Assembly (NCBI GenBank): GCA_937861125.1
Contig: CALMAY010000038.1
Location: 27,942 to 91,941 of the forward strand
Direction: 5' to 3'
Source of the DNA: an uncultured bacterium
Lineage (GTDB): Bacteria; Patescibacteriota; Patescibacteriia; Magasanikbacterales; UBA922
DNA length: 64,000 nucleotides
The position numbers and the translations under genes are program-made. Within the stretch, counting starts at the first letter, position 1. The number at the start of each line of letters is the position of its first letter. Under the pieces are notes generated by a model, which made no database searches, was not told the DNA's origin, and saw only the letters and a program-made list of their open reading frames with translations. Below, one piece after another: positions 5,553-14,804 of this stretch.

Positions 5553-7745
5553 TTATAATGAAAAAGAGTACACCACATTGGAATCCAAAATGTACACAGT
5601 TTTGTTTTTTTCATCCACACTCATGCCTGTTGGATTTTTCCACTCTGCTGCGGTATATTGTTTGACCAGTTTTCCTGTCTTGTCTAGTACAACAATACGT
5701 TTATTGGTTGGCTCTAAAATGTAGAGATAGTTGACGTCAGTGTAGGTAAATAGTTCTGTTGGATTGCTCAATGCTGGGTCAAGTCCGGTAATAGAAAATG
5801 CTTCTTCAACTCCTGCAACAAATTTTTTGATTTCTCCTGATGCCGTGAGTATATAGACATCACCATCAATAGCAATCGAGACTGCGTCAGCTAGTGTAGA
5901 TCCTTCGCGCTGTGATTGGATCCATGGCGTGCCTTTGTCATAGCCTGTGGCAGTTGGGTTATGTTTATAGATTTGATTATTTTTTGCGTCTAGTATGTAG
6001 GCTCTGCGGTTGTATAGCGCGATGTCATTTGGTGCTGCATCTGTTGTCGGATAGACGATGGTTTTTTGTGAAATGGTTTGGTTGGTTGGATCAAGTGTGC
6101 CGATACTTTGTGCATCTCCGAGGAAAACAATTGTATCATTTTCTTTTGGTGTGTTGGCACGTAAGAGTGGGGGGAGTGAAGAATGATTGCGTGTATCCAC
6201 TGACCCGCCTACTATTGGTAATACATAATGTGTTGAGTCATTGGTACCATATGCAATGAGGGTATTTTGGATACGAGCGAGGCGGGTAGGGGTGGCTGGT
6301 TTTTCTGCTGTACTTGCAATGGTAGCAAGTACAGTAGGGGAAACGATAGTAATATTACGGACTTGATCCAAAAGAATGGCGATAGAATTGAGAAAAGATT
6401 GGCGTGTCTGTCTTTGTTCGTCTGTATCAGTAGGAAGTTCTTTTGCCTTTGTTTGTGCTGTTGTCAGCAAATTGAGCGCACCGCTTCGATCGTTGTATGT
6501 AAACTGTGCTTGTGCTTTTTCATAGGTACTTTGGATGTCACGTATCGAGAGGGTGTATGCTTGTTTTTGTGCTACTTGTTTTTTGTTGGCACTATAGATG
6601 ACTATGCTACTGATAAATATAGTAATAGCGAGTATGGTCCCAATAAGCAGTACTTTACTGATAAGTGGAAGATGGACAAATGATCGTTTTTTCCCCTCAA
6701 TGCTTCTCGTGAGTGTGTGAATAATTTCAGTTCGTCTATTCTTTTGATTTGTAATCAAAAACCAGACGATGACAATAAGTTCTTTGATACCTACCAAGAT
6801 TCGTTCTAATAGCGCCAGCAACATGCTTGAGGCGGTCAAAAGGACGGTACCAATACCACGTAACAAAGAGACGATAAAGGGAACCGTTGTTGTATCTGGT
6901 TCTACTGAGAGTTGTGTGTTTGTTGGTGATATTGGCTGTTGCGGATGAAATGAAAAGAGACTTTTTGCACTTTGAAGCAGTGATGGGTTGAGTGTTTCTG
7001 CTGTGTTGTCCTGTGTTTCTACAAGTTCATTAATAGAGTCTCCTTTTTGTTTGAGATGAGGTGGAATTTTTCCTGTTTTTGGTAAATCGTGTACAGAGAT
7101 AATTTTGGATACAATACCACCAAATGAGATGTCACTACGTAGGTTGGCTAGGACACGCTGGAGATGGGTAGATCCGCTCATTACATCGCGAGCAGTAATA
7201 ATTTTTTGGATTCTATCTTCTGAAAAATAACGCCCAACAGATGGTGTACCAACAAAAAAGTAATCGTGCATGTGTATACTCCCAGAGAGGACAGAAGAAA
7301 ATAGTTGTGTGGGTGTATCATCTGCTTCATTGATAATGGAGAGGTGTTTGTATTCTTGTTTGTGTTGGTAAAATACGTATGCAATCGGAGCGCCGTGATA
7401 CGATAATAAGATAGTACCACCAATCATCACACCTACAACCGCATCTACCGTTCCATCTGAAAGCATGTGGTGACTTTTACGGTTCATCTGTTCAAGGATG
7501 TGTTCAAATAGTATTTCAGGGTTATCAGTATCTTCACTGTAGTATCGGGATTCTATATCATCGATACATTGTTGTAATTCTTCAATTTGTTCTGTGGTTC
7601 CACCCGTAATTTCAATCAATGCAAATAATGAACCTTTTGGTATTTCTGTAGCAGTGGATGGTTCACTAATATGAAGCAAAACATGAGACGTTTTTCGATT
7701 GCGTCCTTCAACAAAAAATTCTTGAATTTGTGGAAACCCAGACAT
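5553..7745 (-). CDS. large membrane protein: N-terminal degenerate PP2C-like domain, TM segments, C-terminal beta-propeller-like (NHL-type) repeats
   Basis: AVVGVMIGGTILLSYHGAPIAYVF resembles the PP2C core strand. Hydrophobic segments at about aa 290-390. C-terminal recurring YILD/YILE...V motifs. Tentative. Confidence 0.35.
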   Translation of the reverse strand: MSGFPQIQEFFVEGRNRKTSHVLLHISEPSTATEIPKGSLFALIEITGGTTEQIEELQQCIDDIESRYYSEDTDNPEILFEHILEQMNRKSHHMLSDGTVDAVVGVMIGGTILLSYHGAPIAYVFYQHKQEYKHLSIINEADDTPTQLFSSVLSGSIHMHDYFFVGTPSVGRYFSEDRIQKIITARDVMSGSTHLQRVLANLRSDISFGGIVSKIISVHDLPKTGKIPPHLKQKGDSINELVETQDNTAETLNPSLLQSAKSLFSFHPQQPISPTNTQLSVEPDTTTVPFIVSLLRGIGTVLLTASSMLLALLERILVGIKELIVIVWFLITNQKNRRTEIIHTLTRSIEGKKRSFVHLPLISKVLLIGTILAITIFISSIVIYSANKKQVAQKQAYTLSIRDIQSTYEKAQAQFTYNDRSGALNLLTTAQTKAKELPTDTDEQRQTRQSFLNSIAILLDQVRNITIVSPTVLATIASTAEKPATPTRLARIQNTLIAYGTNDSTHYVLPIVGGSVDTRNHSSLPPLLRANTPKENDTIVFLGDAQSIGTLDPTNQTISQKTIVYPTTDAAPNDIALYNRRAYILDAKNNQIYKHNPTATGYDKGTPWIQSQREGSTLADAVSIAIDGDVYILTASGEIKKFVAGVEEAFSITGLDPALSNPTELFTYTDVNYLYILEPTNKRIVVLDKTGKLVKQYTAAEWKNPTGMSVDEKNKTVYILDSNVVYSFSL

Positions 7746-7756
7746 AGGGGGTATAG

Positions 7757-7785
7757 TTGCCTTTTTGGATACTTCCTAGTATACT
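7757..7785 (+). promoter_or_regulatory. promoter TTGCCT-N17-TATACT
   Basis: -35 at 7757-7762 and -10 at 7780-7785. The -10 lies within GTATAC-tgcaa-GTATAC. Confidence 0.45.
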
Positions 7786-7814
7786 GCAAGTATACAAAAA
7801 AAACAACCGAATAT

Positions 7815-8417
7815 ATGCTTGAACACTTATTTGGTTCAAAGACTCGCGCAGATATGCTGCGTATTTTCTTTCGTGAACCACAAAAAGCGCTGTACGTACG
7901 TGAATTGACACGACTTTTGGATACACAAATCAATGCGGTTCGTCGCGAAATTGAATCGCTGACGTCGCTGGGTTTGTTGATTGAAAAAGAAGCAGATTTG
8001 ACCGCAGCGCTTGCAGCTGGTGAAGCGGGAGCGGCACTGCGGAAGTATTATGTTGTCAACATGGATCATATTCTTTACAACGAGCTTCGTGCGTTGATTT
8101 TACGTTCTCAAATTGTGGATGAACAGGCGCTGCTGAAAGAGTTGCGAGAAAAAGGGGGTACGATTGATATACTTCTTATTACTGGTGTTTTTACGGGAGA
8201 CAAACATGCACCAGTGGATATGTTGATTGTTGGAGATATCAAGCCACAGCGAGTTGCTAAAAGTATTGAAAATTATGAAGCAAGGTTTGGGTCAAGTATA
8301 CGCTATACGACGATGACAAGACAGGAGTTTGTAGATAGACGTCATATGATGGACAAATTCTTGTTTTCGATTCTTGAGGCAGAACATATTTTTATTGTCA
8401 AAGAACTTGATGTCTAG
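7815..8417 (+). CDS. winged-helix (ArsR-like) transcriptional regulator with a C-terminal extension
   Basis: Start trimmed to MLEHLFGSKTRADMLRIFF..LYVRELTRLLDTQINAVRREIESLTSLGLL, an HTH pattern. The track N-terminal extension overlaps the divergent gene. Confidence 0.55.
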   Translation: MLEHLFGSKTRADMLRIFFREPQKALYVRELTRLLDTQINAVRREIESLTSLGLLIEKEADLTAALAAGEAGAALRKYYVVNMDHILYNELRALILRSQIVDEQALLKELREKGGTIDILLITGVFTGDKHAPVDMLIVGDIKPQRVAKSIENYEARFGSSIRYTTMTRQEFVDRRHMMDKFLFSILEAEHIFIVKELDV

Positions 8418-8422
8418 TATAT

Positions 8423-8800
8423 ATGTATTTGGTCATTGATTGTACCAAAAAAGAACAGATAGCACTCTCACTTGTCTGTTCTGCGATAGACATACGAATA
8501 TACGAACAGAGTGGTCGTCAGGTGGAATTACTTATGGCGATTCATACATTTTTTACACGTGAGCATATTGAGCCTCGTCAGGTATCTGGCGTGTGTGCGC
8601 TGACAGGAGAGGGGAGTTTTACCTCAAGTCGGTTGGCAGTGCTCTGTGGTAATGTATTTCATTTTGTGTACGGTGTCCCCGTTGTTACAATGAATACACA
8701 AACCATTTGCTCGTTTGATGCGTTATGTACGTTGTTTCGAAATGCAACGGGTGGGTATGTAGTAGCGACATATAGCGGTCTTCCAAATATACGTTCATAA
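8423..8800 (+). CDS. TsaB-like protein, short form (N-terminal half only)
   Basis: MYLVIDCT... and GEGSFTSSRLAVLCGNVFHFVYGVPVV resemble the TsaB/YeaZ ILAIDTS and GPGSFTGLRIG motifs. Its 125 aa compare with about 220 aa in typical TsaB. Confidence 0.45.
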   Translation: MYLVIDCTKKEQIALSLVCSAIDIRIYEQSGRQVELLMAIHTFFTREHIEPRQVSGVCALTGEGSFTSSRLAVLCGNVFHFVYGVPVVTMNTQTICSFDALCTLFRNATGGYVVATYSGLPNIRS

Positions 8801-8803
8801 TAT

Positions 8804-10300
8804 ATGATCACTGAGTATCAACGGTATCGTTTGTATGAAATATTGCCAGGTCTTTCTATCTGGGGGTCTCTTGTACTTGCCTTGGTATTGAGTATTGTGC
8901 ATCCGGTAGCAATGATTTATTTCATTTTATTGTTTGATGTCTATTGGGTACTTAAAGTACTCAACTATGTGTTATATCTTACAATTGCGTGGCGTCGTTT
9001 TACTCGAGCAAAAGCAATTGATTGGACTAAAAAAATGCGTGTGAGTGCACCTGGATATGAGACCAAAAAACATGTGGTCTTTTTGACGTTATATAATGAA
9101 GAATGGGGGGTTATTAAAACAGCGATGGATAGTTTGGTTGCAAGTGTCTATGATCCACAGGTATTTACGATTGTGGTGGCTGGGGAAGCAAGAAAAGAAG
9201 AACATTGTCGTATGATCTATGCACAGATATGTGATACCTTTCGAGGTGCATTTGCTGATATTGTACTCACTATGCATCCTGCCAATCTCTCTGATGAAAT
9301 TCCTGGAAAAGGCTCTAATCTGCATTACAGTGAGACACAGATGAAACATTATATCGATGAGAAAGGCTGGTCATATGACGATGTGATTGTGACATTGTTT
9401 GATATTGATACCGTGTGTCACGTATCTTATTTTTCATATTTGACGTATCTGTATTGTACACATCCACGTCCAACGCGGAGTTCGTATCAACCAATTGCGC
9501 TTTATAATAATAATATGTGGGAATCTCCTGCGGTGTTGCGTATTATGGCGTTTGGAACCACATTTTGGACGATGATGTCACTTGCTCGTCAAGATGGTTT
9601 AGTTACCTTTTCTTCGCATTCGATGAGTTTTCGAGCGCTTGTGGATGCGGGATTTCATGAAAAAAGAATCGTCTCCGAAGATTCACGTATTTTTTATCAA
9701 TGTTTTTTGGCGTATAATGGTGACTATGAAGTGACGCCAATGTATTCACCTGTATCTATGGATACGGTTCGTGATGATAGCTGGTGGCAAAGTATCAAAA
9801 ACTTGTATCTTCAACAGCGTCGTTGGGCATGGGGTGTAGAGCATGTGCCTTTCTTACTTTGGGAATTTCGTAAAAAGGGTAGTGCTATTCCATTGTGGAA
9901 AAAGATGAAATATCTCTTTTTGGAATGGGAAGGAAAATGGTCGTGGTGTATCGTTGCGATTCTTATTACTGTTGTCGGACGTCTACCACTGTGGGTTTCT
10001 GGTGAAGAGGTTCGTCAGAGTGCATTGTGGTTTAATGCGCCACATGTGCTGGGTTTTTTGATGTCGTTGTCAATGATGGGTATGTTTCTCTCGGCAATTT
10101 TAAGTTTACCGCTGCTTCCACCACGACCTGCATCACACCCACTTCATAAATATATATTTATGTTATTACAATGGCTTTTGTTACCAATATCAATTTTGTT
10201 TGTCAGTGCTATTCCGGGTATTGATGCTGCGACACATTTGATGCGAGGGAAATATCTCGGATTTAATGTGTCACAAAAAAAACGAGCTATTTCTTCTTAG
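8804..10300 (+). CDS. membrane-embedded family-2 glycosyltransferase (processive type)
   Basis: N- and C-terminal TM helices; VVFLTLYNEE, LFDIDT (DxD-like) and QQRRWAWG (QxxRW). Confidence 0.7.
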   Translation: MITEYQRYRLYEILPGLSIWGSLVLALVLSIVHPVAMIYFILLFDVYWVLKVLNYVLYLTIAWRRFTRAKAIDWTKKMRVSAPGYETKKHVVFLTLYNEEWGVIKTAMDSLVASVYDPQVFTIVVAGEARKEEHCRMIYAQICDTFRGAFADIVLTMHPANLSDEIPGKGSNLHYSETQMKHYIDEKGWSYDDVIVTLFDIDTVCHVSYFSYLTYLYCTHPRPTRSSYQPIALYNNNMWESPAVLRIMAFGTTFWTMMSLARQDGLVTFSSHSMSFRALVDAGFHEKRIVSEDSRIFYQCFLAYNGDYEVTPMYSPVSMDTVRDDSWWQSIKNLYLQQRRWAWGVEHVPFLLWEFRKKGSAIPLWKKMKYLFLEWEGKWSWCIVAILITVVGRLPLWVSGEEVRQSALWFNAPHVLGFLMSLSMMGMFLSAILSLPLLPPRPASHPLHKYIFMLLQWLLLPISILFVSAIPGIDAATHLMRGKYLGFNVSQKKRAISS

Positions 10301-10306
10301 ATTTGT

Positions 10307-11761
10307 ATGAGACACACACGATATATTATTGTTGCAATTATCTGTTTTGTTTTGACACTCGTATCACTGGGTGTATATGGTGCATATACAATGATGCGTC
10401 AATTGACACCAGCAGAAGTGCTCAAAAGTGAGACAGCACGCAACTTTATACGCGATAACCTTCCAGAAGATAAAAAAGTGTTTTTTGATTTACTTCCAGA
10501 CTTATTGGGACTTGAGGCACCAAAGACATATCTTGTTTTATTTCAAAACAATACGGAGTTGCGACCTACTGGTGGATTCATTGGATCATTTGCTGTGATA
10601 CGTGTTTACAAAGGATCATTTGAATTGCTTTCCGTACAGGGGACCGAACAACTTGATTGGCGTACACTCCCGTCTACTGCTCAAAAACCACCCCAACCTA
10701 TTTTGGAGTATCTAGATGTGCCATATTGGTATAGTCGTGATGCAAATTGGTCTCCTGATTTTCGTGTGGCAGTGCCAGATATATTGCGTTTGTATACACA
10801 AGAAGATGGGCCGTATGCGGGTGAAATTGATATGGTGGTGGCAATTACTGCGAGTGTACTTGAAGATGTATTGGCGGATATAGGACCGCTTGAGGTAGAG
10901 GGTCAGACATTTACCGCACAAAATGCGATTGATGTATTGCAGTATGATACGTCATTTGGGTATGCCGATCGTAATATTCCTTGGCAAGATAGAAAACGTA
11001 TGATTGATATATTATCTGCTGAGATTATTCAGCGTATTACGGATGATCCGATTGGGTTGGCGCCAAAGTTGGTATCTACATTAAGTGTTCGTGCGCGTGA
11101 GGGACATGTAGTGCTCTATAGTGTTGATGATGTATTACAGTCTCAATTTGAAGCACAACAAATTGCTGGACGCGTGCTGTCATCAGGTGGTGATGCACTG
11201 ATGTGGGTAGATGCTAATCTAGCTGCACTCAAGACAGATCAAGCAATTAAACGTTCGCTCATATATGCATTACATCAAGACAAGAATTCAAAAGAATGGA
11301 TTGGTACAGCAACAATGCACTATGTACATACAAAAGATTTTGATTGGAAGACGACACGGTATTTGACATACGCACGTGTATTTGTGCCGCAAGGTGCGCA
11401 GATCAAACGAGTCTATACAACACTCAATGGAGGGGAGCAAAAAGACGTAGATATGAAGAAAGTTTCAGGAGGCGTTGAATTGGGAAAACAATGGTTTGGG
11501 TATTATTATTTTTTGGAACCAAAACAGACTGGAACGTTGACATTTGAGTATTCTCTTCCAAAACAGGTGATCACAAAACCGTATACACTTTTTGTTCAAA
11601 AGCAACTTGGTACAGAAGCACATGGTTTGACGCTCGACCTACAATTTGATACAAAGATACAGACAGCAACCCCAGGTGAAACAAAAGATAAGTGGGGGGA
11701 TGCTCGATACCAATATACTACCGATCTTCGGGTAAGTAGGGAGGTACAGGTTGGCTTTTAA
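10307..11761 (+). CDS. DUF4012-type membrane-anchored protein
   Basis: N-terminal TM helix. NNTELRPTGGFIGSFAVIRV matches the signature I recall for DUF4012. Confidence 0.6.
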   Translation: MRHTRYIIVAIICFVLTLVSLGVYGAYTMMRQLTPAEVLKSETARNFIRDNLPEDKKVFFDLLPDLLGLEAPKTYLVLFQNNTELRPTGGFIGSFAVIRVYKGSFELLSVQGTEQLDWRTLPSTAQKPPQPILEYLDVPYWYSRDANWSPDFRVAVPDILRLYTQEDGPYAGEIDMVVAITASVLEDVLADIGPLEVEGQTFTAQNAIDVLQYDTSFGYADRNIPWQDRKRMIDILSAEIIQRITDDPIGLAPKLVSTLSVRAREGHVVLYSVDDVLQSQFEAQQIAGRVLSSGGDALMWVDANLAALKTDQAIKRSLIYALHQDKNSKEWIGTATMHYVHTKDFDWKTTRYLTYARVFVPQGAQIKRVYTTLNGGEQKDVDMKKVSGGVELGKQWFGYYYFLEPKQTGTLTFEYSLPKQVITKPYTLFVQKQLGTEAHGLTLDLQFDTKIQTATPGETKDKWGDARYQYTTDLRVSREVQVGF

Positions 11762-11768
11762 ACTGCAT

Positions 11769-12776
11769 ATGTTAATCAAAAAAGTTGCAATTGATTTGGG
11801 AACCACCAACGTGCTGGTCTATGTACCAAAGCGCGGTATTGTGATCAATGAACCGTCGGTGGTAGCAATTTCTAAAGAAGATAAAAAAGTGTTGGCGGTA
11901 GGTGTTGAGGCAAAGGATATGATTGGTCGTACTCCCGATATGATTATTGCTGAGCGTCCACTCAAAGATGGTGTGATCGCCAACTATCGTACGACTGAGG
12001 CAATGTTGCGGTATTTTATCAACAAAGCACTTGGTGGTGTGCGCCTCTTTCGTCCTGAGGTAATGGTAGCTGTTCCTGGTGGTATTACTAGTACAGAGCG
12101 TCGTGCGGTGATGGAAGCAGCAATGGCTGCGGGTGCACGAGCAGCCTATATTATCAAAGAACCGATTGTGGCGGCGATTGGAGCAGATATTCCGATTGGA
12201 TCTGCGTCGGGAAATATGATTATTGATATTGGTGGTGGTACCGCTGAGATTGCTGTCATTTCACTCGGTGGCATTGTGACAAGTGGATCTGTTCGTATTG
12301 GGGGGACAAGACTTGATGCGTCGATTGGTGAGTATATTCGTCGAAAATATGGTCTAGCAATCGGTGAACGTACGGCTGAAGAAGTAAAGATCAAAGTGGG
12401 TTCAGCTATGTATATGGATAAATCACTGACCATGGAGGTCAAGGGGCGTGATATGATTTCCGGATTACCTCGTACAATGACTATTTCAAGTAATGATATT
12501 ACTGAGGCGCTACAACATGATTTGGAAGGGTTAATTGATGCGATCAAAGACGTGCTCCATCGTACACCACCAGAGCTCTCTGCTGATGTAATGGAAAAGG
12601 GGATTGTGATGAGTGGAGGAAGTAGTCAACTGCGCAATCTTGATGAGCTTGTCTCTCAGGCGACTGGTGTAGCCTGTTATGTGGCGGATGAGCCGCTGCT
12701 CTGTGTGGCCAAAGGGACTGGTATTGCTCTGGAGAATTTGGATAGTTATAAACGTAGTATTTTGGCGACACGTTAG
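11769..12776 (+). CDS. mreB: rod-shape/actin-like protein MreB
   Basis: VAIDLGTTNVLVYV, NEPSVVA, IDIGGGTAEIAVISLGGIV and VMSGGSSQLRNLDELV. ATG 11769 preferred over the TTG at 11751. Confidence 0.9.
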   Translation: MLIKKVAIDLGTTNVLVYVPKRGIVINEPSVVAISKEDKKVLAVGVEAKDMIGRTPDMIIAERPLKDGVIANYRTTEAMLRYFINKALGGVRLFRPEVMVAVPGGITSTERRAVMEAAMAAGARAAYIIKEPIVAAIGADIPIGSASGNMIIDIGGGTAEIAVISLGGIVTSGSVRIGGTRLDASIGEYIRRKYGLAIGERTAEEVKIKVGSAMYMDKSLTMEVKGRDMISGLPRTMTISSNDITEALQHDLEGLIDAIKDVLHRTPPELSADVMEKGIVMSGGSSQLRNLDELVSQATGVACYVADEPLLCVAKGTGIALENLDSYKRSILATR

Positions 12777-12786
12777 AGAGAATCAT

Positions 12787-13908
12787 ATGGTGATTGGTAT
12801 TGCAATGTACACCGCAAACACCATAGAACGTACCGGGGTGGCCTGGTATGTTTTTCATTTGGTAAAACAGCTTGCTTTGTTGTGTCCGTCAGGTGTTACC
12901 TTTCGTTTGTATGTCGATCGTCCGTTGGTCGCCGATTTTTTTCCATTGCCAGATTGTGTAGAAGTAAGAGTACTACGTCATCCTTTGAAATATGCGTGGA
13001 CACATACTCGATTGTCGTACGAATTATGGCGACATCCTGTGGATGTGCTTTTTGTTCCGTCTCATGTTCTTCCATTATTTTGTCGTATACCGATGGTGAT
13101 GACAATTCATGATGTTGCTGCGATGCATTTACCACAAACATATTCTTTTGCACAACGATGGTATACGATTACGAGTGCACGATTTGCGTTGAAGCGAGCC
13201 AAAGCAGTTATTGTGCCATCTCTCGCGACCAAAAAAGATTTAGAACAATTGATACCAGTGAGTACTGCACGTGTTACGATGGTCCCACTCGCTGTCGATA
13301 CCCAGCAACATTGTGTCGCTTCTCCAGAGGCGGTGAAAACAGTGTTGTCTGAATTGAATATTATTGTGCCGTACTTTTTGTTCGTCGGGAGATTAGAGAG
13401 TAAGAAAAATGTTCAAGGGATTTTGCGGGCGTACGAAGTGTTTCGTCGTCTGAACACATCGTGTGTTCAGTTGGTGTTGGTAGGAAAACGTGGTGTGGGG
13501 TATGAGGAGATTGAGCAGCTGTTTCAAAACCATCCATACAAAAATGACATCATTCTCAAAGAGGGTTGGATAGAACAAGAGAAAGTACAAGCGCTCTATA
13601 CTGGTGCGACTGTTTGTGTGTATCCGAGTTTGTACGAAGGGTTTGGACTCAATGTGCTAGAGTCTTTGTCATATGGCGTGCCTGTGATTGTGAGTGATTC
13701 TGGGTCACTGTCTGAGTTGGGTGGTGACTGTGTGGTGCGCGTTTCGGCGTCAGATACTGAAGCGATTGCGCGGGCTATGGCTACTGTATGTACCGATACT
13801 GCATTTCTCGTACATGTAAAGCAAGATGGTCCGGAGTATGTGAAAACGTATATCTGGGAGCGTACCGCAGTAGAAACGTTACAGGTTTTGACGAACGTGG
13901 TAACATAG
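12787..13908 (+). CDS. GT4-family (GT-B) glycosyltransferase
   Basis: Start trimmed to MVIGIAMYT. C-terminal EGFGLNVLESLSYGVPVIVSDSGSLSELGG is the EX7E-type motif. Confidence 0.75.
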   Translation: MVIGIAMYTANTIERTGVAWYVFHLVKQLALLCPSGVTFRLYVDRPLVADFFPLPDCVEVRVLRHPLKYAWTHTRLSYELWRHPVDVLFVPSHVLPLFCRIPMVMTIHDVAAMHLPQTYSFAQRWYTITSARFALKRAKAVIVPSLATKKDLEQLIPVSTARVTMVPLAVDTQQHCVASPEAVKTVLSELNIIVPYFLFVGRLESKKNVQGILRAYEVFRRLNTSCVQLVLVGKRGVGYEEIEQLFQNHPYKNDIILKEGWIEQEKVQALYTGATVCVYPSLYEGFGLNVLESLSYGVPVIVSDSGSLSELGGDCVVRVSASDTEAIARAMATVCTDTAFLVHVKQDGPEYVKTYIWERTAVETLQVLTNVVT

Positions 13909-13914
13909 TGTTGT

Positions 13915-14790
13915 ATGGAACATATTATTGGTAATACACATATTGTTTCTTTGTTTGAGCGTTTGTTACAAAACGGTCAACTTGGTCATGCATATTGTTT
14001 GGTGGGGCCAGCACATATTGGAAAACACACGATAGCATGTGAGGTTGCGGCTCAGTATTTGGGTACGACCTCAGTACAGCTGCGTATGCACCCAGATATG
14101 TTTGAGTTATCCCCCGAAGACAAAGAAAATGGCAAGATAAAAATAGAAGTAGTTCGGAGTTGTAAAGAATTTCTTTCCCATACATCTGTGCATGGACGTG
14201 GATTGGTGGTGCTTATCGATGATGCGCACACATTGACAGATGAAGCGGCCAATGCGTTATTGAAGTCTATTGAAGAGCCACCCAAGAAAACATTGTTTTT
14301 GTTAGTAACTCCATTTGAATCGCTATTGCCACAGACTATCCGTTCTCGATGTCAGATACTTCAGTGTACGACTGTAGGGAGAGAGGAAATAATTCAGGCA
14401 CTTGTCACACGTGGTACATCTTTAGATGACGCACATATGTATGCGTCATGTGCGGATGGGCGTGTTGGTGTTGCGTTTGGGTGTGCAAGCTCTTTTGATG
14501 TGTATACACAGATCAATGGGTGTCGTATACAGAGTGAACGCTTGCGTCATGCACCGTTGTATGAGAAAATACAAGTAGTCCAAGATGTGACTGACGATGA
14601 GATAGTGTCGCTTTCTGAGCGAATTGCCTGCTGGTGTGTGGCAGATATGCAATATGTTCGTACAGAGATAATTCGTACGGGTACAATTGATACGGCGGTG
14701 TTAGACTATGTGTGTGGTTATCCAAAATTATTAGAAACATTGAGAACAAATACAAATAAACAACTTACTCTTGAACAATTTGTTTTTTAG
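13915..14790 (+). CDS. holB: DNA polymerase III delta' subunit
   Basis: GHAYCLVGPAHIGKHT (degenerate P-loop), LIDDAHTLTDEAANALLKSIEEPP and SRCQ. Confidence 0.75.
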   Translation: MEHIIGNTHIVSLFERLLQNGQLGHAYCLVGPAHIGKHTIACEVAAQYLGTTSVQLRMHPDMFELSPEDKENGKIKIEVVRSCKEFLSHTSVHGRGLVVLIDDAHTLTDEAANALLKSIEEPPKKTLFLLVTPFESLLPQTIRSRCQILQCTTVGREEIIQALVTRGTSLDDAHMYASCADGRVGVAFGCASSFDVYTQINGCRIQSERLRHAPLYEKIQVVQDVTDDEIVSLSERIACWCVADMQYVRTEIIRTGTIDTAVLDYVCGYPKLLETLRTNTNKQLTLEQFVF

Positions 14791-14804
14791 CTTTTATATT
14801 GTGT

